This document shows positions 10,413 to 22,098 of a DNA stretch of 64,000 nucleotides, one piece after another. The position numbers and the translations under genes were made by a program. Positions within the stretch are counted from its first letter, which is position 1. Each line of letters begins with the position of its first letter. The notes under the pieces were generated by a model. It did not search any database. It was not told the DNA's origin and worked only from the letters and a program-made list of their open reading frames with translations. The DNA is from an uncultured Planctomycetaceae bacterium. Its GTDB lineage: Bacteria; Planctomycetota; Planctomycetia; Planctomycetales; Planctomycetaceae. The DNA is taken from assembly GCA_963815195.1 (NCBI GenBank), contig CAWFGE010000009.1, forward strand, positions 1-64,000, in the 5' to 3' direction.

Positions 10413-13400
10413 ATGGGCTTTCGCTACCAACATCCCGACAACGAGGACGCATTTGAGCAGATGTGTCTCCGCTTTTATCGGAAGCTCTGGGAAAACGAAA
10501 GCCTTCAATTATATGCAAAACGCGGTGAAAAGCAGGACGGTGTCGATATCCATGATCCAGTGTGCCTAAAACCCGTACGGGCAGTTCAGTGCAAATTTCA
10601 CGAATCAACGAAGAATTTACCCCCTTCTGAAATAAAGGGCGAAGTTGCTAAAGCTGAGCGATCGTCTTTCTCGATCGAGCAATACGTCATCGCCACGACT
10701 GCGAAGAAGTCGAAAAAAGTGCAAGACACCGTTGTTGAATTAAACAGACGCCTCAACAAACAGTTCACGGTTGAACTCCATTTCTGGGAGGAGATTTGCG
10801 AGCGACTCAGTCAATTGCCGCCGATTCAGGCTTATTTCATCGTGTGTGGCCGAGATACCGGCGCCGATGTCTTGGCGTCCATCCTGCAGGATCCACAGAT
10901 CGCCGCGATCGCCTTGCATGTTTTGAGTCCTGCACCCACCGATATATCGAGCAGCGCGTACAGCGAAATCGAGCAGTTACTTCTGGATCGCAAATTTGAG
11001 GCGGCGGAGCACTCACTTCGAAAACTCCCGCTCGATGATAACCTGACGAAGCTTCCAAAAGATGAGCAATACAAGGTACGACGTCTTCGAGCGAAGTTGG
11101 CGCCAGAAACCGGGAGCTTTGAGGAAGCAAGCAAACAATTCCTAGCGGCGTACGAGTTGCAGCCCGAACTCGATCAAGCGAAGCAGAACCGCGTGTTGGG
11201 ATACTCGCTCATATCCGACTCCCAAAAAGCATTTGAACTGGCTAAACAGTATCTGTTGGACGGGCTAACAACGCCAATGATGCTGTGTCGGTTCATCGAA
11301 AACGCACCCAGCATGGACGAGATCACTGAGCGCCGAGGTGCTTTTCACGCCCTACATATCAACAGACGCGGAAATCAATATCGCTCTGTGTCACAAATCG
11401 TTGCAACTCGGGAAGAGCGCTGCTGCGGTTAAGGCTGGACAGCGCCGCCCTTGAGATCGCCCCCGACTCTCCCCATGCGCACTTTGCTGTCGCCCTCTCG
11501 TTGCATCACGCAGCGGTAACCGACAGCGGACCAAATCGCAGGTCGTCTCTTCAGAACGCCCTATTTCATTACGATATTGCACTGGAAGGGTCGCGTGAGA
11601 AGCGATACACGAACATGCTTCCTGAAATCTTGGTGAATCGCGCGGGCGTGCATGTCCTAGTGGATAATATCACTGCAGCCAGTGCCGACTATCGTGCTGC
11701 GATTGACGCAGCTGACAAACCGACGGCGTATGCGACCCAAGCAGTAGCATTCTTTCTACACCACCAGGATTTCGCCAATGCGTGGGAATTCCTGCCTTAT
11801 CTGGACCCAAATACAAAGGAGGGAAAGTTTCTCACCGCGATCACCGAGTTCCATAACACCGACGATGCAGAAGAACATTCCCGGTATCTGCAGCAGATTA
11901 AGGGACTCGCCGACGAGGACTGGCCTGTGGCGCGACTGAATGTCGCATGCATTCTGTTCAACTGGCTCTTCTGGTGAAAGATCCAGATTACTGGCGCGGT
12001 CGTGTATAACTGAGACGTTTCAGAGCCGATCGCCATTTCAGGCTCACGTCGCGCTTGTCTGGATTGCCGTGGAATCCTGCGCAGCGCGACGAAGCACAGC
12101 AGTACGCCGCTTACGCCCTCGAACAGGACGTACAGGACGCTCATACGCAAGAATTGCGTTTGCTTGCCGACGTGTTCATCAGGCTTGAGCAACCTATTAA
12201 AGCTCTAGATCTCCTGGAAAGGATCGCACCCACTGGGTTGCTGAATGACGACACAAAGATGCTCATTACTTGTGCCCAGCGCCTGCGGCGGCATGATCTC
12301 CTGCTTCGAATATGCCGTGAACTCCGGGAGGCCGGCGAGCGGGACTACCAGATGCAACGATTGGAATTGCAACTCCTCAGTCGTTATGCACCCGAGCAAG
12401 GATTTTGCCTGGCAGAGGAATTTATCGAGACGAGCCCAACGCCAGCTTTTTTCATTGCGTTCAAGAACGTGTTGGCGATTCGTCTCAACCGGAGTGAGGA
12501 GGTGAGATTGGATGCTACGGTTCTGCCAATCCCGGCAGACCTGACGCCGTGTGAATCGCAATTGGTGGTGTGGCCGTACATCACCGCCGACAGATTCGAT
12601 GATGCCCTCCGGTTTCTGTATGCACAACTGCGACTGTATTTCGACGACGAACGTGCACATGCGCAGTACGTGTTCTCCTTTCTCACGTACGGTAATCGAA
12701 CGTCACTGCGTGAACCGCCGATCCAAGTGGAAGCAGAAAGTGCTGCCTTGCTAGAGACCGACAATTGTCAGCAGCGATGGGTCATTATAGAGAAAGACCG
12801 CCCCGTGCCGAGTCGGGGGGAATTCGCACCAACCAGCAAAATAGCAGAGCGACTCCTGGGTCGCAATGTCAACGATATGATCGAGCTTCCGGGAAGCCTC
12901 GTGCATATAGAAATGGCGACGGTTAAGGAAATCCAGACTAAGTACGTACGGGCCTTTCAAGACAGCCTAAGCCACTTTCGAGAACGTTTTCCCGATACGT
13001 CATTCGTGCAGCAGATTCATTTCGGCACGGGCGACGAGTTTGACCCGGTGCCCCTCATCGAGAGTCTGAAAGAGCGTCGGGCACACATCGACAAGTGGAT
13101 TGGATTGTACAAAGCACATCCGTGTTCATTGCACTTGTTTGCCAACAGACTTGGGATCACCGAAATCGATGCCATCAAATCGCTCGCGGCACATCCAAAT
13201 GGCTTGATAAAATGTTGTCAGATCACGCCTAGCGATTTCGTGCAAGCGGTTGAACAGCACGAGACGGGCAATGTAGTTGTTCTTGATATCACGGCAGTTG
13301 TGACGCTCACGCTCATTGAAGCATGGTGTTACCTCGATTCGGGCAAGAAATATATAGTCTCCCAGGCGACCAGGGAAGTGGTGGAGCAATGGCTGAGCAC

Positions 13401-14172
13401 CCTGAAGGATGAATGTAGTCACGAGGGCGGCCATGCATCAGTGACAGAAGATGGCCAGCTAATATTTCAGGAAATCACTCTGGAACAACGTGAGGCCAAT
13501 TGCAAAGAGATCGAATCCATCAAACAGGTGATTGAAGAACGCTGCGAATGCCAATCATCTGCGTCCTTAGCAGAGATCGAGCCACAAAAGCGAGACCGCT
13601 ACGAACAGCTTGTTGGTTTTCATAATCTTGAGGCAATGACTCTCGCGAGAGACTTGAATGCGATCCTTTGGTGTGATGACGAATTGCTGGCGTTCCTGGC
13701 AAAGAACGATTTTGGTGTCGGGTCTGTTTGGACACAGTTAATACTCCGTAAATCCGTCGATGCTTGCTGCCTGACAATGGATGACTACAACTTGATGAGT
13801 GCCAAGCTCGTTTCCTGGGACTATGCTCAGACGATTTGGAATCCCGACATTGTCATCAGAGCCGGTGAATACTCGGAATGGGACCCACAACGTTGGCCAT
13901 TGAAGCAGTGCATTTATTTCATTGCAAAGGCGGGTTTGGCCTTGCCCGTAAAGGCGCGAATTGCCCTCGACTGCCTAAAGCGGCTGCGACGGTCCTCTTG
14001 CAGTGAGTTCCGGCAAAGCGCCGTCATTCAGACAATTCTAAATGCCGTTGGAAATCGACGAGCTATTGCTTGGATGTATAACCGTCTTGATGACGAGTTC
14101 ATTATTGACTTTCCATCTGCAGAGTTCCTGCGGCCGGAACTCGGGTATTGGCTCAAAACGCATCTGCAGTAA
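10413..14172 (+). CDS. Restriction-endonuclease-like + TPR + GreA/GreB-C + PIN domain protein, split by indels into three ORFs
   Basis: N-terminal FEQMC..GEKQDGVDI..AVQCK (PD-(D/E)xK); helical repeats; SKIAERLLGRNVNDMIEL (GreA/B-C-like); VVLDITAV..LWCDD (PIN-like). Confidence 0.72.
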
Positions 14173-14606
14173 TGCCCGCCAGCGTGCATTCTCGAAGATT
14201 TGTGACCTTCGTGCTCAGCGACCTGGCTCTCTAGGCACGGAGAAAGGCCTGCAAAATACGCGAATATGCCGTACGAACGTACGAACGGCATAGCTATTGT
14301 TCGGACGTTGGGTTGGGTTTAGATTGGTGACCGCCACGAGCATGCAGCGCACCTCGCCCTCTCAACCTCCTCCGCCATCTCCTTCCGCATCGCCCGTCCA
14401 GGCATGTCACTCCGAACAATCGACGGATGCTCGTCGTAAGTCCGCCCATTGAGTTCCCGTCCCGCAACCTTCTTGCGAACTCCGCCCCATTGCTTGAAAA
14501 AGAACGGGATGCGCGCCGAATCGCAGTGCCGCTTGTTCGGCGTCAATTAGCTCTGCTCTTTAGCGTCAATTAGATTGACCGTGTAAGAGGGAGAAATTGA
14601 CGGGCA

Positions 14607-15460
14607 TCAGCCTTTGGAACCAGGCTTTGACTCGTCCGAATCGGCCGAGTTTTTCTTGTTTTTCTTGGCGGTTTCCAAGCGGTAGCTGGGGATGTTCAAC
14701 TCGATGATGATCGAGTGATGGATCAAACGGTCGATGGCCGCCGCGGTCGTCATCGGGTCCTTGAAAATTTGCTCCCATTGAGAGAAGGGCAGATTGCTGC
14801 TGATCAGAAGGCTGCCCCGTTCGTAGCGTTCGGCCATGAGCGTGAACAGCACTTCCATCTCCTCGCGGCTCTGTTGAACATAGCCCAAGTCGTCGATGAT
14901 CAACGCTTCGTAGCGGCTGAGTTTCTTGATCAGCTTCTCCAACCGCAGGTCGCGTTTGGCCCGGAGGAGTTCTTGGACCAGCATCTGGCAGGTTGTGAAT
15001 AACACCGTGCGGCCTTGCCTGCGCGAGTTGGTCGCCGAGTGCGGACAGCAGATTCGTCTTCCCGGAGCCGGGCGCGCCGAAAATCAGCAAGTTGTCGTGA
15101 CGGTCCAAGAACGTGCCCGCTCTTGAGCGTCTCGAATTGCTGGGTCACATGCAGGGGCAGCCGCGACCATTGGAATTGCTCCCAGGTTTTGCCTTCCAAG
15201 AGCTTCGAGTTCCTGAGCAGTCGATCGATGCGGTTTTGGTGACGGGCCTGGCATTCCTTCTGGGTCAATTCCCAGAGGTATTGGGGATGCGTCCAATTCT
15301 CCCGCGCCGCCTGTTCGGCCACCATCGGGTATTGTTCCCGAAACGTCGGCAGCTTGAGTTCTTTCAGTTGGTCCGCCAACCGGGCGGGATGGATCGCCGG
15401 CGAAGGACTCGCGGTCTTCGCCGCCCTGGGGGTCTTCGTGGGAGACGTTTTCTTCTTCAT
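14607..15460 (-). CDS. istB: IstB ATPase (frameshifted)
   Basis: LKELKLPTF, GAPGSGKT, LIIDDLGY, SSNLPFSQW, AAIDRLIHH across three frames. Confidence 0.9.
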
Positions 15461-16964
15461 TATGAGAAACCTCCTGTGAGGAGAGTAAGGAATCGAACAC
15501 GGACAGATCGGGAGGCTCGACGTGAACCTCCAAGGGACTGGGCAATTGCTGCCGGCGTTTGACGAGGTCCAGGACTTTCTCCGCCTGGACCGGAATGCCT
15601 TCGGAGAGGCACCACCTGAGCACGTCATCCACCAGGTCCAAGCCTTCGTGCTTGGCGGCGTGCAGGATTTTCAGATACTGCTTGATTGCGGATTTCTCGT
15701 CATTTCGGGCGACGAGTTGATCGTAGGCCATCCGAAACCGAGTCGTCGGATACAGATGATTGACGTATTTGTAATTGAGGAAGGCCCCCGGCTTTCGGAT
15801 CAAGGAATCGATCACATGCCGAAAGTCGATGTGCTCTTTGCCTTGACCAAACAGCCTCGGCAGGCGTTCCAAGCACTCCCCGCGATACCAAAGCTCCAGA
15901 TGGTCTTGATGAATCAGAATGTCGAGTTCCAAGCCGACGTACTGGCTGCTCACCGAATACAGGTTGCGTTTGATCCTCAAGATGCAATCGGATTTGACCT
16001 GCACCCGCACGCGAGTGGTCGGGGGCAGCCGCTTGAAAGGCAATGGCCGAAGCGCCGCACATTCCTTCTCAAAGGCACTGGTCCGCCCGGCATTGCGGCG
16101 CGTCACCACTTGCTTTAAGAACTCCCGATACGCCTCGACTGTCTCGAAGTCGCGATGGCCCCGCAGCCGGAGGGTCTGATCCAGCCAGGTCTTGAAGTGG
16201 CCGTGGGCCGACTCCACATCCCCGTTCTCGTGAGGCTTTCGCACATTGATCCGATGCCCTTTGAGGCCATAGTGATCCAACAGCGCTTGGTACGCTCTCG
16301 CGAATTGCTTGTCGCTGGAGAGGTTGTTCACCGCCGCCGACAGGCTGTCGCTGCGCACCCGCGCTGGCACGCCCCCCGCCAAATGCAAGGCATCTTGAAG
16401 GCCTGCGGACAAGGCCTCAAACGACTCGGAATGACAGAGGTGAACGTGCTCCCAATTGGAATACGTGAAGACCGAATGAAACAGCAGATGCTCGTACGCC
16501 CGGCCGCCAATCGTAACGCCCAGGCCGTTCAAGTTGACGAAGTCGAACGCGATCACATCGCCGGGTTGATGCACCTGAGGAAACTTGACCTCGTGTTGAA
16601 CTCCGTGCTGGAGCTTCCATTTCTGCACCCGCCGCTCCAGTGTCCGCCTGAGGGAATCGCTGATCGGCCCTTCTCCCGTTTCGGGGGCGTTATATTTCTG
16701 CTTGAGCCAATCCAGCAACGCCACCGGCCTGAGCCTGGGATCGTTCTCCAAGAACTCCTCGATTTCCGGCCAGAATGGTTCGAGCGGATCGGTCCGCGTG
16801 CGGTACGTTCTGGGCGGCCTGGCCTGTTGGCTGGGGAGTGCCCCCTGATCCCGATACTTGCGAATGGTTCGTTCTCCCATGTGCAGTGTCTTGGCAATCC
16901 GAGCCACGGAATGCCCTTGATGGAGCAAACAAAACATCTGTCCCGCCTTGGCGTCGCTGAGCAT
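15084..16964 (-). CDS. istA: IstA DDE transposase
   Basis: N-terminal HTH, RTYRTRTDPL, FDF, RSDSLSAA, HENGDVE; 3' end overlaps istB. Confidence 0.9.
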   Translation of the reverse strand: MLSDAKAGQMFCLLHQGHSVARIAKTLHMGERTIRKYRDQGALPSQQARPPRTYRTRTDPLEPFWPEIEEFLENDPRLRPVALLDWLKQKYNAPETGEGPISDSLRRTLERRVQKWKLQHGVQHEVKFPQVHQPGDVIAFDFVNLNGLGVTIGGRAYEHLLFHSVFTYSNWEHVHLCHSESFEALSAGLQDALHLAGGVPARVRSDSLSAAVNNLSSDKQFARAYQALLDHYGLKGHRINVRKPHENGDVESAHGHFKTWLDQTLRLRGHRDFETVEAYREFLKQVVTRRNAGRTSAFEKECAALRPLPFKRLPPTTRVRVQVKSDCILRIKRNLYSVSSQYVGLELDILIHQDHLELWYRGECLERLPRLFGQGKEHIDFRHVIDSLIRKPGAFLNYKYVNHLYPTTRFRMAYDQLVARNDEKSAIKQYLKILHAAKHEGLDLVDDVLRWCLSEGIPVQAEKVLDLVKRRQQLPSPLEVHVEPPDLSVFDSLLSSQEVSHNEEENVSHEDPQGGEDRESFAGDPSRPVGGPTERTQAADVSGTIPDGGRTGGAGELDASPIPLGIDPEGMPGPSPKPHRSTAQELEALGRQNLGAIPMVAAAPACDPAIRDAQERARSWTVTTTC

Positions 16965-17908
16965 CGCAAACCTCCTTGATGCAAGAGTTTGCGATAGCAT
17001 GCCAAATCGAGGCCGGCCGCGGGACCTTGCCGGTCGTTTTAATTGAAGCTCCGGGAAAAGTGCCCCTCGTCCAACGCGCCCCCCGTCCGACCCCGGTCGT
17101 TTTAATTGACGCCCAAGCCCCGGCAGCTCCCAGCCTCGGTCGCTCTAATCGACGCTCAGGCAGCCGAACTAATTGACGCCTTACAGCCGCTGGATGTTCT
17201 CGACCCATTCGGCTTTCATGGGCCTGCGCTACCTGCGCCGCTTTCGCCTCCGACGATCACCCAATCGATTCCCGTCAGATCGATTTCACCCAAATCCTCA
17301 AGCAGCGGCTCGACCGACAGGAAGGCCATCTTGGGATTGGTCTCCCGCAAATGATCGATGCGGGGTAGACCATGTTTTCGATTTTCCACGCTCACACCCC
17401 ACCAAACGTGATCCAAATCAGCGGCGAACGCCAGCTTGGTTTGAAGCAAATCCCGCAGGCGTTCGGACCGTTTGGTCAACACCTGATAGGTGTGCCAATT
17501 CGCCTTGGCCATGATTTCGGCAACCAAAACGATGTATTCGTCGGGAACGTCGCGGTGCATCAAATCGCTCATGGAGTTGACGAACACCATCTGAGGCTTG
17601 GTCCAAAGAAACGGCTCGGTCAACTTCTCCGGAACCAGCCTCAAATCAAAACCCTGCTCGTAGGGGTGGCCCGGCACGCCGCGAAAGCGTTCCGCAAACG
17701 TTTCAGCGTAGCAGTGGGCACAGCCGGGGCTGATTTTCGTGCAGCCTCGGACGGGATTCCATGTCGTGTCGGTCCATTCGATTTTGGTGTTTGTACTCAA
17801 TGGCGGTTCCTCCGAATTGAAAGTCAAGCCTCGAAATTGCGATAAAAAATGCGGCGAATTGCAAGCGGCGACGGTTGACGCAGATCCATTTCATTCCGCT
17901 TGCAAACG

Positions 17909-18293
17909 CTACTCCAACCCCTCCCACATCTCCCGCTGCCGCCCCCAATCCACTTCCGCCGCGATCGGCCTCAGCATCCTTTCATGAACCGGATCCTTGC
18001 CTTCCGTCACCCGCGGGAGAAACAAGATTTCTTCCTGAATCTCCGGTGCCAAATACAAAAGATTCAGAATCTGCGTCATCCGCGGCTGCGTGACGTGGGC
18101 CAATTTCGCCAATTCCGTTTGATCCCGAACAGTTCCGTCCCGCAGAAGCCCATCATAGCGAATCGCCAGCGCCATCAATCGCGAAATCCGGGGAATCGCG
18201 CCCATCCGCCACGGCAACCGGTTTTTCGGTGGCGATCTTCTGTTGGCCACGCTGGACCTTGCCGAAATGCAGTTTTTGTTTGACGCGGATCAT
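17909..18293 (-). CDS. Small HTH protein downstream of the recombinase (frameshift near 5' end)
   Basis: IPRISRLMALAI..ELAKLAHVTQPRMTQILNLLYLAPEIQEEIL; ATG overlaps recombinase stop. Confidence 0.65.
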
Positions 18294-19855
18294 GCCGTCA
18301 CCCCCATTTGCTGGGCCAATTTCTTAATCGCCGTCGGATGAAATTCCATTTCAATGCTGCTGTCTTCGGGATCGAATCCGACCTGGGAAATCAGCAGACC
18401 CACCAGTTGGCTTTGCTCGCGGGGACTCAGGGCATCCCACAGACCGTCGAAGTCGCCGAACGCGGTATCCACGTCGTCCTTCGTCAATTGGTCATTTTCC
18501 GCGGCGGCGATTTCTTCTGCCAATTCCGGCATCCGTCGTTCCGCCTCCGAAATCCGGTTCTGCAGATCGGCGATCAGCGTCGTCGCGATACCGTCCGGGT
18601 TTGTCACCGCCTGGCGGATTTCCCGGTGATGGCGGGAAAGTTCCCGTTCCAATTGCGTGCGTTCCAAGCGCAGGCGGGCAAGTTCTTCTTTGGCGTGTGA
18701 TTCCGCCTGGCGAACAACTTCGGCTTTCAGTTTTCGGTCCGTCGCGATACAGCGGATCTGGTCCACCACGACCGATTCGATTTCCGGCGCCCGTAGCGAC
18801 GGCGACGGGCAGGTTTGGTAGCCGCTTTGGATCGCCTTGGAACACGTATAATAGCGGTAGCGTTTGCGTCCGCGCTCCGTAAATTTATGAACCATCGCCC
18901 GCTGGCAGGCCTTGCAGACCAGCCGGCCTTTCAATAGGGCGGCATGCTTATTCCGCACCTCGGCCCCGCCCGTGCGGTTGTTCTGTTTCAGCCGGGCTTG
19001 GACCTCGCGGAACTGTTCCTTCGGGATGATGGCTTCGTGCTCGCCCTCGAAGAATTCCGTGTTGTGTTTGACGCGGCCGGCATAAATCGGGTTCGTCAGC
19101 AGCGCATGCAGGCTGGCTTTCTCGAACGGACGGCCGCCGCGCCGGTTGCCTTTCTTCGTCAGCCATTCTTTGTTGGTCCAACCCCGCCGTTCCAATTCTT
19201 CGACCACGGCCAACAGCGAACAGTGCTTCTGGTACAAATCGAAGATTTCGCGCACACGGGCGGCTTCCGTGGCGTTGATGACCAACTTGGGGCTGGGGCC
19301 GGAACGGTCCACGTCGTAGCCCAGGACGGGAATCCCGCCCGCCCATTTGCCTTTCCGCCGCTGGGCGGCGATCTTGTCCCGGATGCGTTCGCCGATGATC
19401 TCGCGTTCGAATTGGGCGAACGACAGCAGGATATTTAGCATCAGCCGGCCCATCGACGTGGCCGTGTTGAATTGTTGCGTGACGGACACGAACGACACCT
19501 CGTGCTGGTCGAAGACTTCCATGATTCGGGCGAAGTCCAACAGCGACCGGCTCAGGCGGTCCAGTTTGTAGATCACGACGCAATCGACTTTCCCGGCCTG
19601 GATGTCTTCCAGCAACCGCTGAAGCGCCGGCCGTTCCATGTCGCCGCCGGAATAGCCGCCGTCATCATAGCGGGTCTGCAAGCAGACCCAGCCCTCATGC
19701 TGCTGGCTGGCAATATACGCCTCGCCGGTTTCGCGTTGGGCGTCCAGCGAATTGAATTCCAGTTCCAAGCCTTCTTCATGGGATTTGCGGGTATAAATCG
19801 CACAGCGGACTTTTTGCGGCGTCTTTTGTTTGGGTTTGGATTTCTTGCGGGTCAT
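18290..19855 (-). CDS. Large serine recombinase (resolvase + recombinase + Zn ribbon)
   Basis: CAIYTRKS, YDDGGYSG..RPALQRLL, KLDRLSRS, FAQFEREII.ERIRDK, CKAC..YYTC. Confidence 0.95.
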   Translation of the reverse strand: MTRKKSKPKQKTPQKVRCAIYTRKSHEEGLELEFNSLDAQRETGEAYIASQQHEGWVCLQTRYDDGGYSGGDMERPALQRLLEDIQAGKVDCVVIYKLDRLSRSLLDFARIMEVFDQHEVSFVSVTQQFNTATSMGRLMLNILLSFAQFEREIIGERIRDKIAAQRRKGKWAGGIPVLGYDVDRSGPSPKLVINATEAARVREIFDLYQKHCSLLAVVEELERRGWTNKEWLTKKGNRRGGRPFEKASLHALLTNPIYAGRVKHNTEFFEGEHEAIIPKEQFREVQARLKQNNRTGGAEVRNKHAALLKGRLVCKACQRAMVHKFTERGRKRYRYYTCSKAIQSGYQTCPSPSLRAPEIESVVVDQIRCIATDRKLKAEVVRQAESHAKEELARLRLERTQLERELSRHHREIRQAVTNPDGIATTLIADLQNRISEAERRMPELAEEIAAAENDQLTKDDVDTAFGDFDGLWDALSPREQSQLVGLLISQVGFDPEDSSIEMEFHPTAIKKLAQQMGVTA

Positions 19856-20319
19856 GATTTCGCCTCCAGGTTAAAGAAGCGGAATCCGTTGCAGTGCGAT
19901 CCGGTGACGGCCTTGGCGACGGCGGACAGGGACTTGTAGCGGTCGCCCTCCCATTCAAAGCCGTTCTCCAGAACGCGGACTTCGATTTCGCGGTCTTTGT
20001 ATTGGCGGACGATGGACGTGCCGGGGGCCGGCAGTCGGGAATCGTGGGAACCGGGTTTGGGAACCGGACTGGGCGTAAAATCTTTCGGCGGCGTGGTGCG
20101 GACCTCGGCGTCGTCGGCCAGTTCCGCGGCCCGCTGGCGGGCACGTTCGCTCAGATCGCCTTCGGCATTGGCCTGCATCCGCCAGATGATCTTGCGGATC
20201 AGCTACCGTTTGTGGCGGGATCGGGTGGTTTCGCCGAAGACTTCGGCGTAGCGTTCTCGCAATTCGCCGGCCGTCATCTTTTCAAGCGATGCGACTTCGC
20301 GGTGGATGTCCAGTGGCAT
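19852..20319 (-). pseudogene. DUF2924 protein with in-frame TAG at codon 39
   Basis: ELRERYAEVFGE.TRSRHKR*LIRKIIWRMQANAEGDL..GTSIVRQYK..YKSLSAVAKAVTGSHCNGFRFF. Confidence 0.85.
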
Positions 20320-20839
20320 GTTGGTCCTTTCTCTGGTTCTCGGTGGGTTAAAACGAAACACGTGAGACACTCAGCCTCATTTCGCAGAGAACCTCAAGGT
20401 CATTGGCCAAGCCTTTTTTGGGCGGATTCCGAAGTTTTGCGTTTGTCCCGCAACCGTTGGCGATAGCGGCGGACGCCGCGGGCCAGGATCGCGGCGAGGG
20501 CCTGAAAGCGTTCTTCTTTCGTCATTTCGCTGGCTTCGTTCATCTTCGCTCCCGTTTCAGATCAGAAAGTTTCACACGCGTCCGTTTCACCACCGGTTTG
20601 GCATCCGTCCCAAACAACATCACGCCTTGGATCGAAGCCGCGACGGCACAGCCCGCTCAATAGCCGGGCGGCGGACGGGATCGGCACCGCCAACGGGTTC
20701 GAAACCGGCCATCGTTCGGGGATGAGGACATTTGCAAAAACCTGAAAAATGTTTCGGAATTGCGCTGGATGTTTCTCGGAAAACCTGGCTCACATGGTCC
20801 TGTTGAACGCAAATGCGTCTTTCACGAAAGGACCAAACC

Positions 20840-21073
20840 ATGAAACGATTTTTCCGGGTGGCCACGCTCAGCCGCTACGTGCTGGTCGAAGCCGCGGACG
20901 AAACGGAAGCCCGGCAACTGGGCGAAACCGCCCTCCGGGACTTGTTTCCCGAACTGATGCAGAAGGCGACCGTCCGTAGCGTCGCCTTGGCCACGGACGA
21001 CGAAATCGAATTCTGGAAATGGCACGAAGACATGCTGGCCCGCGATCGGGACCAGCAAAACGAAATCTCCTAA
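20840..21073 (+). CDS. Small hypothetical protein
   Basis: RBS AAGGA, clean ORF, followed by hairpin + T-run. Confidence 0.55.
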   Translation: MKRFFRVATLSRYVLVEAADETEARQLGETALRDLFPELMQKATVRSVALATDDEIEFWKWHEDMLARDRDQQNEIS

Positions 21074-21103
21074 GCCGGCCATGTGGCCGGCTGATTTCTT
21101 TTT
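21073..21103 (+). terminator. Putative intrinsic terminator
   Basis: AGCCGGCCA-TG-TGGCCGGCT followed by ATTTCTTTTT. Confidence 0.5.
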
Positions 21104-21127
21104 GGGTTCTCGCAAAGGAACACCCCC

Positions 21128-21700
21128 ATGACGAAGAAGATCGAAAAAGTCGCGAAGGGCAACTACTACGAAACCAAGGATCACGCGCTGCTGGTGGTCA
21201 CGAACGGACGCCTCAAAGACGAAGGGGACCTCGGACAATCGTTCGAAGGCAAGACGGTGACCTACGACGCGAAGAAGGGACTGGTGGAAGCTAAGAAGCC
21301 GGATCGCTTCTACGTCGACGAACTGGTCCGGCGGCTGGTGAAGAAGGACTTGGAAGAATGGATCGCGGTCGAACAGCGCGAAGCCGAAGCCGCCGCCGCT
21401 GCCGAAACGCCGCCGGAAGAAAAACCCGCGAAGAAGGCCAAGGCCGCGAAACCCAAGGCCACGGACGGCAAGAAGCTCAGCGCCCTCGACGCGGCGGCGA
21501 AGGTCTTGTCCGAATCGCAAGAACCATTGCGGGCGAAAGACATCATCGACCAGATGGCGGAAAAAGGCTATTGGACCTCGCCCGGCGGCAAGACGCCCCA
21601 CGCCACGATCTCCGCCGCGATCATGCGGGAGATCCGCGACAAGGGCGACGACTCCCGATTCAAGAAAGCCGACCGCGGATTGTTCACAGCCAACTCGTAA
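21128..21700 (+). CDS. HARE-HTH (winged-helix) domain protein with K/A-rich linker
   Basis: KLSALDAAAKVL..MAEKGYWTSPGGKTPHATISAAIMREI..SRFKKADRGLF. Confidence 0.8.
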   Translation: MTKKIEKVAKGNYYETKDHALLVVTNGRLKDEGDLGQSFEGKTVTYDAKKGLVEAKKPDRFYVDELVRRLVKKDLEEWIAVEQREAEAAAAAETPPEEKPAKKAKAAKPKATDGKKLSALDAAAKVLSESQEPLRAKDIIDQMAEKGYWTSPGGKTPHATISAAIMREIRDKGDDSRFKKADRGLFTANS

Positions 21701-21718
21701 ACCGGAGGACGTAAAACC

Positions 21719-21904
21719 ATGCACGAAATCGCCGACGCCATCCGCCACGTCACCGTCCGCATGCAGCAGGCCCTGGACCAGGGCCGGCGATCCCGCACGC
21801 TGGATGCGCAAGACCTGATCGACATCCTGCTGGCCATCGCCGACGAATTGGACCCGCCACTGGCCGATCCCGTCAACGGCTCGGATTCTCCACCCGGCGA
21901 ATAG
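21719..21904 (+). CDS. Small hypothetical protein
   Basis: GGAGG RBS, clean ORF, downstream terminator. Confidence 0.55.
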   Translation: MHEIADAIRHVTVRMQQALDQGRRSRTLDAQDLIDILLAIADELDPPLADPVNGSDSPPGE

Positions 21905-21930
21905 GCGGACGATCCGCCACGACGCCGCCC

Positions 21931-21961
21931 AGAACGCCCCACCTCGGGGCGTTCTCTCGTT
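21931..21961 (+). terminator. Putative intrinsic terminator
   Basis: AGAACGCCCC-ACCTC-GGGGCGTTCT, 10-bp perfect stem. Confidence 0.6.
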
Positions 21962-22098
21962 GATCGATGGTTGGTTCAACTTCTCGTCTCCTTTGGCCCG
22001 TGGGCGAACGTGCTAATATCTGCTGGATGGACGGTTGCCCGCGAGGTAGAATGATGGTGGTAACTCAAAAACGGCGACTCGGTTTTAGGATGACCCTG

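Larger units (their letters stand above)
14534..17185 (-). mobile_element. IS21-family insertion sequence, 2652 bp
   Basis: Ends TGTTCGGCGTCAATTAG / TGTAAGGCGTCAATTAG (reverse complement); 6-bp target duplication GCCGCT at 14528-14533 and 17186-17191; subterminal CGTCAATTA-like repeats. Confidence 0.95.
14319..17827 (-). pseudogene. DUF5131 (phage Gp37/Gp68-like radical-SAM) gene interrupted by IS21
   Basis: TWNPVRGCTKISPGCAHCYA, FVNSMSDL, WVIVGGESG (17192-17827) and PFFFKQWGG (14319-14533); removing the IS restores ..ENIQRHCDSARIPFFFKQ. Confidence 0.9.

Noticed and set aside
14270..14288. Short CGTACGAA tandem
   Set aside because: Two copies only; could be chance.
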